From an uncultured Bacilli bacterium (GTDB lineage: Bacteria > Bacillota_I > Bacilli_A > RF39 > UBA660), in the NCBI GenBank assembly GCA_934148875.1, contig CAKPDJ010000001.1, forward strand, positions 5,840 through 69,839: DNA of 64,000 nt. The letters run 5' to 3'. Shown in pieces: positions 1 to 9,710 of the stretch. The notes below the pieces were generated by a model, which did not search any database, had not been told where the DNA came from, and worked only from the letters and a program-made list of their open reading frames with translations. Position 1 is the stretch's first letter, and every line of letters begins with the position of its first letter. The translations under genes were made by a program, and so were the position numbers.

Positions 1-617
1 CCTGATGAAATATAAATACTGGTTCTTTGATGATTATGACCTAGAAGTGGTAATAAATTTTCCAGATTGAAGTTTTTTAATGTTTTTATTCTTTCTACCG
101 CTTTTTTGAAACTGTCAATATTATCCATATTTTCACAACCATGGTAACTAAATAAATAATTTTTATCCTTTTCTTCTACTATTATCGTTGGTGAAGTAGA
201 TAATGGAGATTTTAATCTTATTATCCTATTTTCTGGTAAGATACAACTAATTTCTATCATATTTAATTTATCAGTAGAACTATAACTTTTGTAGAAACTG
301 CGATAAAAATCGTACTTGTAGATAAAATTACCATTTTCTCTTTGTAGAGTTAATTGAAAAGCTTTTCTATAATCTTCAGTAAGGGTAATACAACTATAGT
401 AATCATAGAATTCAAAGATAGTATTATCTAAATCTTGTATCATGTATATAGTAGCATCATATATAGTATCATCATCATTTGCATCATCAAAACGGTAACT
501 CGTAATTTCAATTGGTTTAGTATTTTCAAAATTACCTAATACTCTTAGAAATTTTTCTAATACTTTTAGTCGTTTATCATCTTGATGAGATAATATTGAT
601 TTAGGAAAAATTATCAT
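1..617 (-). CDS. Hypothetical protein. Its 5' end is in the window (ATG at 615-617) and its 3' end runs off the window start.
   Basis: Manual reverse-strand translation from 617 to 1 has no stop codon (MIIFPKSILSHQDDKRLKVLEKF…FSYHGCENMDNI…). The ORF is absent from the supplied track, probably because it is truncated at the window edge. It lies downstream of the AgcS gene on the same strand. Confidence 0.5.
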   Translation of the reverse strand, partial: MIIFPKSILSHQDDKRLKVLEKFLRVLGNFENTKPIEITSYRFDDANDDDTIYDATIYMIQDLDNTIFEFYDYYSCITLTEDYRKAFQLTLQRENGNFIYKYDFYRSFYKSYSSTDKLNMIEISCILPENRIIRLKSPLSTSPTIIVEEKDKNYLFSYHGCENMDNIDSFKKAVERIKTLKNFNLENLLPLLGHNHQRTSIYISS

Positions 618-645
618 ACTATCACGTCCTTTGTGATGTATTATA

Positions 646-1932
646 CTATTTTTTATTTTTATAATCAATTATTATTTCTCTACGCATTTTTAATAAAGCA
701 TACATATTAATAATAGCTAAAATAGCTACTAGTACATCTACCATACTCCATAATATAGTTGGACTGGTAATACTACCTATCATTAATAGTAATATAGTTA
801 CTATCTTTAATATGTTTATTTGTAGTGGTGATACATTTTTTAGTAGATATTTTAGACTGTTTTCACCATAATAATAACCTGCTATTATGGTAGAATATGC
901 TAAGGATATGACAGATAACATTAAAATAATACTTCCTAAATTACCTAAGTGAAAATTAAGGGCATATTGGGTTAACTCTATACCATTCATGTTAGTAAAA
1001 TTTAAGTTCGTATAGTCGGAAGTTAAAATTAGTAGGGCAGTTGATGTGCATACAATAAAAACAGTAAAATAAATACCTAATATTTGAATTAATCCTAGGC
1101 CTATTTTATTAGTAGAATGTGAGCAAGATGAAGCGATTGAACCAGTACCAATACCTGCCTCTGTTGAAAATATACCTCTTTGCATACCAATGATAAAAGT
1201 AGATAGTATGCCCGTAGTAACTGATTTAATATTAAAGGCACTCATAATAATATTTAATAATACTGATGGTATTTTATCTATATTTATAATAATAATACTG
1301 ATGCTTAATAACACATAACCTATTCCCATAATTGGCACTAGCTTACTAGTAATATTAATTATTCTATCAAGTCCTTTCATAATTGATAGACCTGATACAA
1401 TGGCTATTATGATACCAATAATAACAGTTTCTATATGACAGTATTCATGAACTAACTTACTGATTGTGTTAGCTTGAATGGTCATGAATCCTACAACATA
1501 GGCAAATATTACTAATATTGCATAAATAACTGCTAGTTTTTTATTTTTTAGACCTTTACTTATATAAAATGCTGGTCCCCCTTTATATACATTATTATCT
1601 TTTTCTTGGTATTTTGCCCCTAAATAACTCTCACAAAAAGCATTAACTGATGTGATAATTCCTGATATCCAAATCCAAAAAACAGTACCAGGTCCACCAA
1701 TATAAATAGCTAAGGCAATTCCAGCAAGGGAACCAACTCCTACTCTAGCTGCAAGAGACATAGTTAAACTTTTAAAGGGCGAGATAGGTTCTTTTTCATC
1801 ACTCTTGAAACCTGAAAATAAAGATTTAATTCTAATTTGAGGAAAATGTAGTCTTAAAGTAAAATATAAACCTCCACCCAATAGAAAAACAATAGCTATA
1901 CTCCATAATATGTCAGTTATAATTTTTAGCAT
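646..1932 (-). CDS. Alanine/glycine:cation symporter (AGCS family)
   Basis: 428 aa polytopic membrane protein. The N-terminal region and motifs (FTLRLHFPQIR…, GGPGTVFWIW) are typical of the sodium:alanine symporter family. Confidence 0.85.
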   Translation of the reverse strand: MLKIITDILWSIAIVFLLGGGLYFTLRLHFPQIRIKSLFSGFKSDEKEPISPFKSLTMSLAARVGVGSLAGIALAIYIGGPGTVFWIWISGIITSVNAFCESYLGAKYQEKDNNVYKGGPAFYISKGLKNKKLAVIYAILVIFAYVVGFMTIQANTISKLVHEYCHIETVIIGIIIAIVSGLSIMKGLDRIINITSKLVPIMGIGYVLLSISIIIINIDKIPSVLLNIIMSAFNIKSVTTGILSTFIIGMQRGIFSTEAGIGTGSIASSCSHSTNKIGLGLIQILGIYFTVFIVCTSTALLILTSDYTNLNFTNMNGIELTQYALNFHLGNLGSIILMLSVISLAYSTIIAGYYYGENSLKYLLKNVSPLQINILKIVTILLLMIGSITSPTILWSMVDVLVAILAIINMYALLKMRREIIIDYKNKK

Positions 1933-2005
1933 ATCTTCACCTACTGCTAGTATATGGGAGATAACAGATAAATAATGTCAAAAAAAATACTAAATTACTT
2001 AGTAT

Positions 2006-2359
2006 TTACTTTTTTAGTTGATTAGATATATCGGCTATGGCCCTATCAGGATCTATTAAAAATTTTTCATATAATTTACTATCTTTTCTTAGTGATTCTA
2101 TAATTTTAACATCTTCTTCTGATAAATTGATAATTCTATTATTTCGTTTGGGAAATTCTAATTCCATTCCTATTAGCCATAGAAAATCTACTTCTAAGAA
2201 ATTAGCCAATCTTATTAAGACATCTATAGGTGGAGTTCTTTTACCACTTTCATATAAACATACTTCTTGTTTACTTAGATAAATCCCTTTTCCTAATTCT
2301 TCTTGTGTCATATCACGATCTTCTCTAGTTTCTTTTAGACGCTTTTGAAATACTAACAT
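2006..2359 (-). CDS. XRE-family helix-turn-helix transcriptional regulator
   Basis: HTH_XRE-like segment (MTQEELGKGIYLSKQEVCLYESGKRTPPIDVLIRLANFL). It is divergent from the 2467 gene. Confidence 0.75.
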   Translation of the reverse strand: MLVFQKRLKETREDRDMTQEELGKGIYLSKQEVCLYESGKRTPPIDVLIRLANFLEVDFLWLIGMELEFPKRNNRIINLSEEDVKIIESLRKDSKLYEKFLIDPDRAIADISNQLKK

Positions 2360-2466
2360 ATAATCCCCTTACCTTAAGATAAGTTAATTATATGTAAATT
2401 TAGAAGCGTTATGTTGAAAGTTAACTTATTGTATACTTATTTTTTTATTTACTTACTTTTAGATAT

Positions 2467-3399
2467 GTGTTACAATATCCGGCAATATGTGGTGGTTGTA
2501 TGGATAATTTAACTTATAATATAGATAAAATATTAAAATGTAATAAAGGGCTTAGTAGTGAATTTGGAAAATATTCTAGAATTTATTTTCATACTACGGA
2601 AAACATTATTGGATTTTTGCGATGTTTTGATTTGAAAGACAAGGATATTCTTACTGTAGCAGGTTCAGGGGATCAAATGCTTAATGCTTACTTGATGGGA
2701 GCCAAAAATGTCACTTATTTTGATATTAATCCTTTAGCTTTTGCACAAGTTCAACTTAAAAGAGGGGCCGTTTGCAGTCTAAGTTACGATGAATATTTAG
2801 ATTTCTTTTTTGATAATAATTGTTTAGACTGGCATCTTTTTGAAAAATCACAGGGCTATCTTGATGAAAATACTTTAGAATTATTTAATTATCTTTATAG
2901 TAATTATACACCTCAAGAAATATACAATTCTATATATTATCAAATTCCCTACGATATAGATAATATAAGGAGGATGAATGATTATTTAGATAGAGATAAT
3001 TATGCTAAGCTGGGTATGATTTTAAAAGAAAAAACTCCTACTTTTATTGAATCTGATATTACTCAATTAAAGAGTAAAATTGATCAGTTAAAATTTGATA
3101 TGATACTTTTTTCTAACATTAGTGATAGTATTAATAAAATTTATACTGGTGATGACTTAGAAATACTTAAAAAGTATAAACGCTTGATACATAGCTTCAT
3201 TAAATCATTAAATAGCTTTGGTACTATCCAAGTAGGATACATATATGATTATTATCGTAAAAGACAAGATAGTTTATTTGCATGTAATAGTAAGAGAAAT
3301 TCTATATTTACTAGTGATGAATTTCATGATATAAGTGTTGAATCATATAGATGGCATTCTGATAGTGATAAAGTTATTATTTATCAAAAGACAAAGTAA
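2467..3399 (+). CDS. DUF3419/BtaA-like SAM-dependent methyltransferase-fold protein
   Basis: ILTVAGSGDQMLNAYLMGAKNVTYFDINPLAFAQVQLK resembles Rossmann motif I plus the D-x-N-P-x-Q motif of the DUF3419 family. The true start may be the internal MDNLTYN. Confidence 0.4.
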   Translation: MLQYPAICGGCMDNLTYNIDKILKCNKGLSSEFGKYSRIYFHTTENIIGFLRCFDLKDKDILTVAGSGDQMLNAYLMGAKNVTYFDINPLAFAQVQLKRGAVCSLSYDEYLDFFFDNNCLDWHLFEKSQGYLDENTLELFNYLYSNYTPQEIYNSIYYQIPYDIDNIRRMNDYLDRDNYAKLGMILKEKTPTFIESDITQLKSKIDQLKFDMILFSNISDSINKIYTGDDLEILKKYKRLIHSFIKSLNSFGTIQVGYIYDYYRKRQDSLFACNSKRNSIFTSDEFHDISVESYRWHSDSDKVIIYQKTK

Positions 3400-3423
3400 A
3401 AGACCTCAAATGAGATCTTTTTA
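3399..3423. terminator. Bidirectional hairpin terminator between convergent genes
   Basis: aaagacctca-aa-tgagatcttt is a near-perfect inverted repeat followed by a T-run. It sits between the 2467(+) and 3424(-) genes. Confidence 0.5.
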
Positions 3424-5985
3424 TTATATATTTTCTTCTCTTATAGCTTCTAAGATATTTTCATGTCTTATTTTTCGTGTTGCATAAAGGGTTGAAATAA
3501 TGATTATTAAGAATACCGCTACTATTGAAATTATTATGCTCTTATATGGTATTAGTATACCATCAAAGTCAGTTATATTTTTGAATGATTGATATAGTAA
3601 ATATATAACACCAAAACTTACTGGTAGGGCATAAAGAAGTGATTTTAAACCAAAGAATAAACTTTCAAATAGTAATATTTTATTAAAGCCATGATTTGAT
3701 AAGCCAACACTTCTTAACATAGCAAATTCTTTTCTACGCAAGTGAATACTTGTATTGATTGTATTAAATACACTTGTGACACCTATTAAAGTAACTAAAG
3801 TTATAAATCCATATACTAATAGTTTTACACAGAAAACTAAATTAACAATTAGTTTGTTAGCTTCTTTAACATTATTATATGTATGACTAATTTTGTATTC
3901 TGATGTAAGTTTTTCAATGTCTTCTTCAAGACTTGTATCATTATCAATTTTAAATAGCATACCAGAATCTATTCCATCATTAAAATCAATAATATTACCA
4001 AAATAATTAGTTGGAACGATTACTACTATCATATTACTATATTTTACCATTTCGTTACCAAAGAAACTAAAATCAGCTACATAGTAATCACTTGTTTCAA
4101 ATCTACAATCATAATTATTTTTATTATCGTTCATTACAGTTTCACATAATTTAATATTAGTATTAAATTTAGAAGTATATTTAGGAATACTATAACTTTT
4201 ACGAGTGCTCTTACTGTATCTAATTGTTTCATAGTGATTATATATAATTGGCTTGGTTTCTGTTTGATTAATAGTCTTTAACATGTCTTTATATTCTTTT
4301 TCATCAACTTCTAATAGTAATACATTTTGAATATCAGTATCTGGTAAATTATCCTTTTCCAAACTATAATACTTTTCAGTATAGTAAGATTTATCTAATA
4401 TTGGAGTTGTAGTTACTAAATTACTAATTCTATAATTAAAGTATTTTTTAATATTTTTATTTTTAACAACTTCACTACGGAACTTGGCAATATTTTCACT
4501 ATGAGCTTTGTCTTCATCTTCATATAAGTTTAACATAGCATCGTACGAAGGTAATGTAGTATAATTATTGACTTCAGAAAAAACATAGTTCATAAAACCT
4601 GAAAATGAGATAAATAAAACAATACTGATGAATAAAGATAATACTGTGATACGATATTTTTTCTTGTTTCTTTTCATGTTTTTTAAGGCAATTTCGCCTT
4701 CCATACCAAATATTTTTCTAATTAAACGGGGTGTTTTTACTTTTTTACCTTTTATTTTAATATCATCATTTAAACGAATGGCTTCTATTGGGGTTATTTT
4801 ACTAGCACTTCTAGCTGGTAAGAAAGCTGAAACTATTATAGTAATTATCATAAAAATAATAGGGATAATTATAAATAGTGGATAAGTTACTAGTTTTAAT
4901 TCACTACCAGTACCAAATACGCCTGGTAACATATTATTGATTATTAATAAAACACATCCGATACCAATATATGCGCCTAATATACCTAAGATAATTCCAA
5001 TACTTCCTACTACAAAGGCTTCAAAGAAGATAGTTTTTCTTATCTGTTTTTTTGTTGTTCCAACACTAGATAATAATCCAAACTGTTTTTTTCTTTCCAT
5101 TACACTTATAGCAAAAGAATTATATATAACTATAATACATCCTATTGATAATACTACCAAAATTATTATTAGTGAATTTACAATAGTACTCATAAAATTA
5201 CTATAACGGCTAGAACCGTATAACTCTAATAACGCATCATTTATATCAACTTGATTTTCACTTAAATCTAGTTCTTTAGTCCATTGACTAATGGTACTTC
5301 TTACTTTTTTAACATTATTAAAGTAAATATATGCATCAACTGTGTTGGTTAAATTTTCTTGATAAGTATAGCTAAATAAACCTACATCAAAAAATGATTG
5401 ATAGTAGTCATAGTTAATAATACCAACTACTTTATATTCTTTTTTAGTTTGATTAGTTAATACTACGTCTGTTTCATCAGCTATAGCTAATATGTTGCCA
5501 TCTATAGGGACACCATTTAGTGTTCTAGTGCCTATGTTTAGAGTTATGGTATCACCTAGTTTAATGTTTAAGTCTTCAGGATTTGATATTATTATTTCAT
5601 TTTCATTTTTAGGTAATCTTCCATCTCTTAACTCAATAGTATTTAAAAACTTACTGTTAGCAGCTATTACTTTGAGATATTGATAATAGTAATCATTATT
5701 TGAATCTAATTTAGCATAACCTAGGCTCTCAGTTGTTAAAACTTTATTTACATTATTATTACTTTTAATATGAGATAAATCATCTTGACTTAAATTATAA
5801 ATGATAGCATGTTGGCTTCCTCTTTCTTTCCTTACTAAATCTATCATGTTTTCGCGCATAGTAGACATAAGTAGGCCAATTCCTACCATTAATGAAGTTG
5901 ATAATATTATTCCTATAATAGTAACAACAGTTCTTTTTTTATTCATTTTTAAATGCTTAATCGTTAATTTATTTAAAATATTCAT
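3424..5985 (-). CDS. ABC transporter permease with FtsX-like domains (BceB/MacB-type)
   Basis: 853 aa with an N-terminal TM helix, a large extracytoplasmic domain and FtsX-like TM bundles. It is immediately downstream of the ABC ATPase gene. Confidence 0.8.
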   Translation of the reverse strand: MNILNKLTIKHLKMNKKRTVVTIIGIILSTSLMVGIGLLMSTMRENMIDLVRKERGSQHAIIYNLSQDDLSHIKSNNNVNKVLTTESLGYAKLDSNNDYYYQYLKVIAANSKFLNTIELRDGRLPKNENEIIISNPEDLNIKLGDTITLNIGTRTLNGVPIDGNILAIADETDVVLTNQTKKEYKVVGIINYDYYQSFFDVGLFSYTYQENLTNTVDAYIYFNNVKKVRSTISQWTKELDLSENQVDINDALLELYGSSRYSNFMSTIVNSLIIILVVLSIGCIIVIYNSFAISVMERKKQFGLLSSVGTTKKQIRKTIFFEAFVVGSIGIILGILGAYIGIGCVLLIINNMLPGVFGTGSELKLVTYPLFIIIPIIFMIITIIVSAFLPARSASKITPIEAIRLNDDIKIKGKKVKTPRLIRKIFGMEGEIALKNMKRNKKKYRITVLSLFISIVLFISFSGFMNYVFSEVNNYTTLPSYDAMLNLYEDEDKAHSENIAKFRSEVVKNKNIKKYFNYRISNLVTTTPILDKSYYTEKYYSLEKDNLPDTDIQNVLLLEVDEKEYKDMLKTINQTETKPIIYNHYETIRYSKSTRKSYSIPKYTSKFNTNIKLCETVMNDNKNNYDCRFETSDYYVADFSFFGNEMVKYSNMIVVIVPTNYFGNIIDFNDGIDSGMLFKIDNDTSLEEDIEKLTSEYKISHTYNNVKEANKLIVNLVFCVKLLVYGFITLVTLIGVTSVFNTINTSIHLRRKEFAMLRSVGLSNHGFNKILLFESLFFGLKSLLYALPVSFGVIYLLYQSFKNITDFDGILIPYKSIIISIVAVFLIIIISTLYATRKIRHENILEAIREENI

Positions 5986-5986
5986 A

Positions 5987-6667
5987 TTATTTTACCTTCT
6001 CATCTGATACGATTTTTCCATCATCAATAGTAATAATACGATCAGCATTTAAAGCTAAGTTATAGTCATGAGTAATCATAATAATTGTTTGTTTATATTT
6101 TTCGTTAGACATTTTTAATAGTTCAATGATATCCTGACTAGCTTTGGAATCTAGGTTACCAGTTGGTTCATCAGCAAGTAATAAAGCTGGTCTATTCATT
6201 AGCGCTCTACCTATAGATACACGCTGTTGTTGTCCACCTGATAATTCATTAGGTAAATGACTAACTCTATTTTTTAGACCAAGTATATCTATTAGTTCCT
6301 TTAGATAGTCTTTATCAGGAGTTCTACCATCTAATAGAATTGGTAGAGTTATATTTTCTTCAACATTTAATATAGGTATTAAGTTATAAAACTGATAGAT
6401 TAATCCTACTTGTCTTCTTCTAAAGATAGCTAAGTTATTTTCATTTAATTTGTAAACATTTTCACCATCTATGATAATTTCACCACTAGTTGGATGATCA
6501 ACACCACCAAGTAAGTGAAGTAATGTACTTTTACCACTACCTGATGCACCAACTATAGCTACAAATTCTCCTTTCTCTACGGAAAAGCTAACATTATCTA
6601 GAGCTTTTACTAAGGTGTTGCCTTTTCCATAAGTTTTGCATAAGTTTTTAACTTTTAAAATTTCCAT
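5987..6667 (-). CDS. ABC transporter ATP-binding protein (BceA/MacB-type)
   Basis: Walker A (GASGSGKST), ABC signature (LSGGQQQRVSIGRAL) and Walker B (LLLADEPTGNLD). Confidence 0.9.
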   Translation of the reverse strand: MEILKVKNLCKTYGKGNTLVKALDNVSFSVEKGEFVAIVGASGSGKSTLLHLLGGVDHPTSGEIIIDGENVYKLNENNLAIFRRRQVGLIYQFYNLIPILNVEENITLPILLDGRTPDKDYLKELIDILGLKNRVSHLPNELSGGQQQRVSIGRALMNRPALLLADEPTGNLDSKASQDIIELLKMSNEKYKQTIIMITHDYNLALNADRIITIDDGKIVSDEKVK

Positions 6668-6742
6668 AATTTCCTCCTTGCACCATTAAGTATAGTTATT
6701 TTCTATTACTAATAAGTGACTTTTTTTCTTACAAATTAGTCA

Positions 6743-7756
6743 CTATATATTTTGTTTATAGAATTTAATATTAAAGATAGTGCCATTTTTAGTAGAAGTA
6801 GCTTTAATTTCACCCTTCTCTAAATTAATTACTTTTTTAGCCATATTTAATCCTATGCCAATACTTTCTTTATTACTTTTTCCTTTGTAGAAACGTTCAA
6901 AAATATGGGGTAAATCTTTTGAATCAATTCCTTCGCCATTATCAATTATTTCAATTTCAGTATAGATTGGAGTATCATTACTACGAATAGTAATAGTCCC
7001 ATTTTCTTTGGTGTGTTCATAGGCATTTTTTAAAATATTTATAAAAGCTTCAGTAGTCCAGTTTAAATCAATGTTAATGATAGTTTTTGGGTCATACTCT
7101 AAAATTAGATGTTGATTTTTTAATTCAATGGGAATTTCTAATGGCTCTAGAACTTTTTTAAATAAAATATCTAGACTTATATTAGTAGTTTTAATTTTTT
7201 CACTACCACTATCTAAGCGTGACATTTTTAAAAGTGTTGTTACTAACCATTCAATTCTTTCTAGTTCTCTACGATTTTTAAGTAAAAACTCTTGTTTCTT
7301 GTCGGGAGTTATTTTTTTATCTGAAATTAAAACATCATTTATTACATACATACTAGTAAGTGGTGTTTTTAATTGATGTGAAATATCGGATAGTACTTCT
7401 TCTAAATATTTTTTATCTTTTTGACTTAAATCTGACTGTTCTTTTAATTTAACAGTCATTTTATAAATATCATTTTTTAAATTACTTAAATCTCCTTCTT
7501 CGTAATCTCTAATATCTAGTGAGTAATTATTATTTAAAATATTGTTCATATATTGGGATAACTTTTTAATTCTATTTGATTGTTTATATAGATATATCCA
7601 AATTACTATATAACTAATTAGTAGTGATAAAATAAGTAGTAATAAAGTTTTTGTTGGTAGTGACAATACTTTTACTAAACTAATACTTATCAGAAAAATT
7701 ATTAACTGGATAGTAAATAACTTCTTGTTTTGATTATCTCTAAGCATTATCATCAC
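6743..7756 (-). CDS. Sensor histidine kinase (BceS-like, intramembrane-sensing)
   Basis: Two N-terminal TM helices, an H-box (HQLKTPLTSM) and an HATPase_c region (NAYEHT…IDNGEGI). Confidence 0.8.
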   Translation of the reverse strand: MMIMLRDNQNKKLFTIQLIIFLISISLVKVLSLPTKTLLLLILSLLISYIVIWIYLYKQSNRIKKLSQYMNNILNNNYSLDIRDYEEGDLSNLKNDIYKMTVKLKEQSDLSQKDKKYLEEVLSDISHQLKTPLTSMYVINDVLISDKKITPDKKQEFLLKNRRELERIEWLVTTLLKMSRLDSGSEKIKTTNISLDILFKKVLEPLEIPIELKNQHLILEYDPKTIINIDLNWTTEAFINILKNAYEHTKENGTITIRSNDTPIYTEIEIIDNGEGIDSKDLPHIFERFYKGKSNKESIGIGLNMAKKVINLEKGEIKATSTKNGTIFNIKFYKQNI

Positions 7757-8417
7757 CTAGTTTATATCCTAAACCTCTTACTGTTACTATTATTTTAGGA
7801 TCCGTAGGGTCATCTTCTAGTTTTTCTCTTATTCTTTTAATATAAACAGTTAGAGTATTATCATTTACGTATTCTTCATTAACATCCCAAATGTCTGCTA
7901 ATATTTTTTCTCTAGTAAAAACAACATTAGGATTTAGAAAGAAAGTTAAGACTATTTTATATTCTAGTGCTGTTAGAAAAACATCTTTATTATCTTTTAG
8001 TACTCTAGCACCATTTAAGTCTACTGTTATATTTTTAAAGTGAATAATATTAGTTTCTTTACCTTTTTTTCTTAGGGCATTATTTATTCTAGAAATTAAT
8101 TCTCTAGCTTTAAAAGGTTTGGTTACATAATCATCAGCACCCATGTCTAAACCCATAACGATTGATGTTTCTAAGTCATTCGCTGTTAGAAATATGATAG
8201 GAATATCTTTTATTTTTTTCATTTCTTTGAATAAATCAAAACCATTATAATCTGGTAAATTAATATCTAATAGGCAGATTGAAATATTATTATCCTGATA
8301 GTATTTTAAGGCATCTTTACCGTTATCAGTTTCTATTACTTCAAAATTTTCCTGTTCTAAATAATACTTTAAACCAGTACGAATTGCTTCATCATCTTCA
8401 ATCATTAGTATTTTCAT
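7740..8417 (-). CDS. OmpR-family response regulator (BceR-like)
   Basis: Receiver domain (MKILMIEDDE…DINLPDYNGF) plus a winged-helix C-terminal domain (VRGLGYKL). Confidence 0.9.
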   Translation of the reverse strand: MKILMIEDDEAIRTGLKYYLEQENFEVIETDNGKDALKYYQDNNISICLLDINLPDYNGFDLFKEMKKIKDIPIIFLTANDLETSIVMGLDMGADDYVTKPFKARELISRINNALRKKGKETNIIHFKNITVDLNGARVLKDNKDVFLTALEYKIVLTFFLNPNVVFTREKILADIWDVNEEYVNDNTLTVYIKRIREKLEDDPTDPKIIVTVRGLGYKLGDDNA

Positions 8418-8494
8418 AGTATCCCCTCCTTTTTTTATTATACACTATTATTGTTGAGTATTTTATGACAAAATAGTAAGAAAAAAATACCATA

Positions 8495-8950
8495 TTACTT
8501 ATGGTACTTTTCATTGTTTAATATTTTATAACTACGAAATAACTGTTCTAATAGTAAAATTCTAAATAATTGATGAGGAAATGTCATCTTAGAAAACGAT
8601 AGTTTGAAATTTGATTTAGCTTTTATATCAGGATGAATTCCATACGAACCGCCGATTAGAAAAGTTATATTACTGTTAGTAATTAAGGTTTTATCTATTT
8701 TATCAGCTAGTTCAATTGATGATAATTCTTTTCCTTCTATTTCTAAAGTAATTAAATAATCTTTACTATTAAGATGTTTTTCAATTAGTTCTTTTTCTTT
8801 TTCTAGAGCAATAGTTTCAACATCAATAGTAGAATCTTGTAGTTCTATTAGTTCAATATTTGTGTATTTTTTTAATCTTTTTAAATATTCCTGTTCTGCT
8901 TCTTTTAAATAGGTTTCTTTTAATTTACCTATACATATTATTTTTATCAT
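8495..8950 (-). CDS. rlmH: 23S rRNA (pseudouridine1915-N3)-methyltransferase RlmH
   Basis: 151 aa SPOUT-family protein (MIKIICIGKLK…). It follows yycJ, as in Bacillus. Confidence 0.85.
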   Translation of the reverse strand: MIKIICIGKLKETYLKEAEQEYLKRLKKYTNIELIELQDSTIDVETIALEKEKELIEKHLNSKDYLITLEIEGKELSSIELADKIDKTLITNSNITFLIGGSYGIHPDIKAKSNFKLSFSKMTFPHQLFRILLLEQLFRSYKILNNEKYHK

Positions 8951-8951
8951 G

Positions 8952-9710
8952 TTAAACCTCTATTTCATCAAGTGGTTCATATTGTTTGGCTAGGGTAATT
9001 GGCTTGTATATATTATTTTCAGCGAGTAAGTCTTTGGTAGTATTTAAAGCTAATTCTTCGGTATTATTGTTTTCACTAATGTGAGCAAGAATAATCTGTT
9101 TAGTATTATTGCCTACTGTTTCTAGTAAATATTCTGCTGTTGCGTGGTTTGAAAGGTGACCTTTATCACTAATAACTCTTTGCTTTAGAATGTATGGATA
9201 TGGTCCTTCCATCACCATTTCTTCATCATGATTACTTTCAATTATATATAAATCTCTATTTTTCATTAATGGAATATATTTACGATTGATATAACCAGTA
9301 TCAGTAAGATAAACTAAGGAATGATTATTGTGTTCTATCACAAAACCTACTCCTTCAACATCATGGGATATTCTAATTAAATTAATAGTTAAGTCCTCTA
9401 ATATTAAAGGATTAGTATATAAATGAAGATTATTTTCGGGTATTTTTTTTACTAATTCTGGTTCCATTTCTTCTAGCATGTAAACTTTTAAATTAGTCTT
9501 TTTTACTAGTGATGGTAACCCTTTTATATGATCACTATGGGTATGGGTAATTAGGATGGCATCTATACTTTGTGGTTCTAAATTTATTTTTTCTAATTCA
9601 CTAGCTAGCTGTTGATAACCAATTCCCATATCTATTAGAATTTTAATTTTGTCTGTTTGAATTAGAGTACAGTTACCTTTAGAACCACTTGCTATTACTT
9701 TTACTTTCAT
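8952..9710 (-). CDS. MBL-fold metallo-hydrolase (YycJ/WalJ-like)
   Basis: HTHSDH metal-binding motif in a 252 aa protein positioned between the M23 peptidase gene and rlmH. Confidence 0.8.
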   Translation of the reverse strand: MKVKVIASGSKGNCTLIQTDKIKILIDMGIGYQQLASELEKINLEPQSIDAILITHTHSDHIKGLPSLVKKTNLKVYMLEEMEPELVKKIPENNLHLYTNPLILEDLTINLIRISHDVEGVGFVIEHNNHSLVYLTDTGYINRKYIPLMKNRDLYIIESNHDEEMVMEGPYPYILKQRVISDKGHLSNHATAEYLLETVGNNTKQIILAHISENNNTEELALNTTKDLLAENNIYKPITLAKQYEPLDEIEV

